DNA of 64,000 nt from assembly GCA_973895155.1 (NCBI GenBank), contig OZ316894.1, forward strand, positions 27,024,340 to 27,088,339. The letters are read 5' to 3'. Positions 61,832 through 64,000 of the stretch are shown here, in pieces. Made by a program: the position numbers and the translations under genes. Numbering within the stretch: position 1 is the first letter of the stretch; each line of letters starts with the position of its first letter. The notes under the pieces are model-generated. The model searched no databases, was not told where the DNA came from, and saw nothing but the letters and a program-made list of their open reading frames with translations. Source of the DNA: Marsupella aquatica. Lineage: Eukaryota; Plantae; Marchantiophyta.

Positions 61832-63344
61832 TGTGTCAAAACCTGACCCTGAAAGGAATTTTCACAACAAATTTGACATAGCAAAGTTGTTGTACTTCAT
61901 GAATAGTTTATGTGCCTTTCTAAGTATGTATTGGGCGGTATGTTTGGGTACTATTTAATGCACAAGTCTACCGCAACCACTACAAAGGAAGCAAGTAGTC
62001 ACGACCTACAATTGTGCACTCCCTTCCAAGCTCCCTTCATGATCAGGTATACTACATTGGTGCACTCCAAACTACCCTATGTATAGAGTTTGTTGTACAG
62101 TATGAGCTTGAGTATATGAAACAATCGAGCATCATCATTCAAACCAAACTATACTGACGTTGGGCATACAAAAGCTATAAAACTGAATCCAAAATTTGAA
62201 TTGCACTTGACATGACTTCAAAACATTCCACAGTTCAATTGAAAGTGATCCATCCAGGTTAATTACACAAAATGTGAGACGCATCCACTCGCTCGGCAGG
62301 GCAGCATCCTGCCCCAGCCCTACTCTTCGCATTCCACCACAGCAATGTAGAGCCTGGTCTAGCCACTATTGCCGATCGATCCAGAAAGTGAGAAGGAGCC
62401 TCCTCTCTCACATTTGTTACACTCTTTGGGCAAGGCAGCATCCTGCGCCTAGCCCCAGTCTTCCGTGTTCCACCACAGCCATGTATAGTAGAACCTGTCT
62501 AGCCTGGTTGGATCACAGCTGCTCTAGCCACCTACCTAGTTTCAACAACCGATGGGGAGTACAGAGAAGACGGCTGGCTGATTGATTGACTTTCAGTAGA
62601 GGTCGGTGGTGATTTTGCACATGTTGAAGAGAGAGGCAGGCGGGAGATGAAGGAGTCATTCTCACAAATTATCGACAATTGAAATGCAGCATAGAATGTG
62701 AGACTTCAACTTACTTGTGAGCTTGATTGGAATCGGTAAGGTTAGTCGGGCAGTGTTTTTCAATTGTTGTCGCGTGTTGATGCTGTGGTTGCTGTTTCAA
62801 CGCTTACAAATTGAAAGAATCTGGAGGCATGATCAAAAGTGACTGCTATTGAATGCATGTACAATCCTTATCTATTTCTACACTCTCAATGTCGTCTCAA
62901 TGCTGAAAGCTTACCATATGCTGACTTCAATTTCTACACTCTCACGAGCACTCTCATGATGCTCTCAAGTTCAAATACGTCGCAGTGACGGGAACACATG
63001 CGAAGTGTTCAGGTGAAGCGCACAGTGAATTGTTGAAGCATTTCATATGTAGGGCAATTTGTAGGGTCTCCTACGTGTACGAGCAGGTGAGAGTTGATAA
63101 CCAGGACCGGATCAGGCGCACGGCAAAATCATAGGCAGCCCAGTTCAGTGACATGTGGAAAGCAAATGCCATTGTCTTCTGTGCCATGCAAAGGTCGGGA
63201 CTGTGAAGGGTTGCAAGGTTTGCGTGCCTTGCCCTTCCAGGTCCTAGTTTAGTGCCGTCAAGACGGCCTCGTTCAGGGGATAATTTTGTTCACTCAGGGG
63301 CTGCCACCGTTTGTATGAAAGGCCATTTTTTGAAGGACCGTCTA

Positions 63345-63366
63345 CATATATGCAAGACGGCCCTAA
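63345..63366 (-). mobile_element. Candidate right terminus of the PIF/Harbinger element
   Basis: ...GCAAGACGGCCC ends at 63363 followed by TAA (GGGC-type TIR, TAA target); similar GCCGTC/GACGGC motifs near 63255-63270. Left TIR not found. Confidence 0.45.
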
Positions 63367-64000
63367 GAGTCCGAGCCTTCGGTATACTGGTCTGTTATGC
63401 ATAGACTGAAGTGTGTGGCGGATTCACGAGCAGTCTGGTTTGGAAATTTTGAGGTGGTGAATCGTTGCATGTTTAATTGATTGTCATGATAGACTGCGGA
63501 TCAGAAGGCCTTACATCGCGCGGTTGCAGGATTTTGACTGGGATTTTGGTGATCTAGGGTTTGGTGGATGGTGAGTTTGAAAGCCTCATACCGTAGTTTT
63601 CACCCTTGTGGTGTGCTCTTTCCTCTATCACTTCCTCTGTTGCTACGATTTTTGTCACCTTGAGGGGTTTCATTTCTGCCTGTCATTTGTATGTGCTTTC
63701 TTTTGTTATAACTTGCATCTGTGGTTGTCTTGTCTCTGCCTGGTTTCATAGCATATATCTTAAGAAGTAAGCAGTATATTGCTCAGCCTGCAAGATCCAA
63801 TGGCGAGTGGTGAAGAAGAAAATATTATGAACCTGCTTCGGGGAACTATTCATGACGAAACACAACTGCGAGACGTTGCTGTGAAACTATGCCTTGGCTG
63901 GGTCGGAGTACCTCTGTTGCTAGAGTCGTCAGAATTGGAGCTCGAAGCCATAATCCGGCGCGTGTTCTTAGTGGCACTTGACAGATTGGAAATGGCAATT

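Overview
Land-plant nuclear DNA, probably a bryophyte (inferred from the PLS-DYW PPR style and the non-chromovirus gypsy type), almost entirely nested or decaying mobile DNA. (1) 1-7.2 kb: a divergent gene pair, a spliced ParB/Srx-like (DGNHRL) gene and a MULE-type DDE/SWIM transposase. Nine copies of the palindrome AGCGCC-N-GGCGCT lie only in their non-coding DNA. A SNF2-RING helicase pseudogene, motif arrays and a spliced telobox-Myb gene follow. (2) 22-24 kb: a truncated, diverged LTR. (3) 26-31 kb: a PLS-E-DYW PPR editing-factor gene with a frameshift and a partial tandem duplicate. (4) 32-36 kb: a MITE, a copia-like LTR fused to a UVSSA fragment, and a retro remnant. (5) 36-63 kb: a PIF/Harbinger element containing an L1 LINE (17-bp TSD), which contains a 15.5-kb Ty3/gypsy element (5-bp TSD). 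The gypsy LTRs are 4.66 kb and each carries a ~1,200-codon ORF; RT-RH-INT appears to be reached by a -1 frameshift downstream of the protease. Main leads: the ParB-like gene plus palindrome module in a DNA transposon, the LTR-resident gene, and a ~130-aa domain shared between that LTR protein and the telobox-Myb gene. All family assignments are by eye from motifs; no searches were run.
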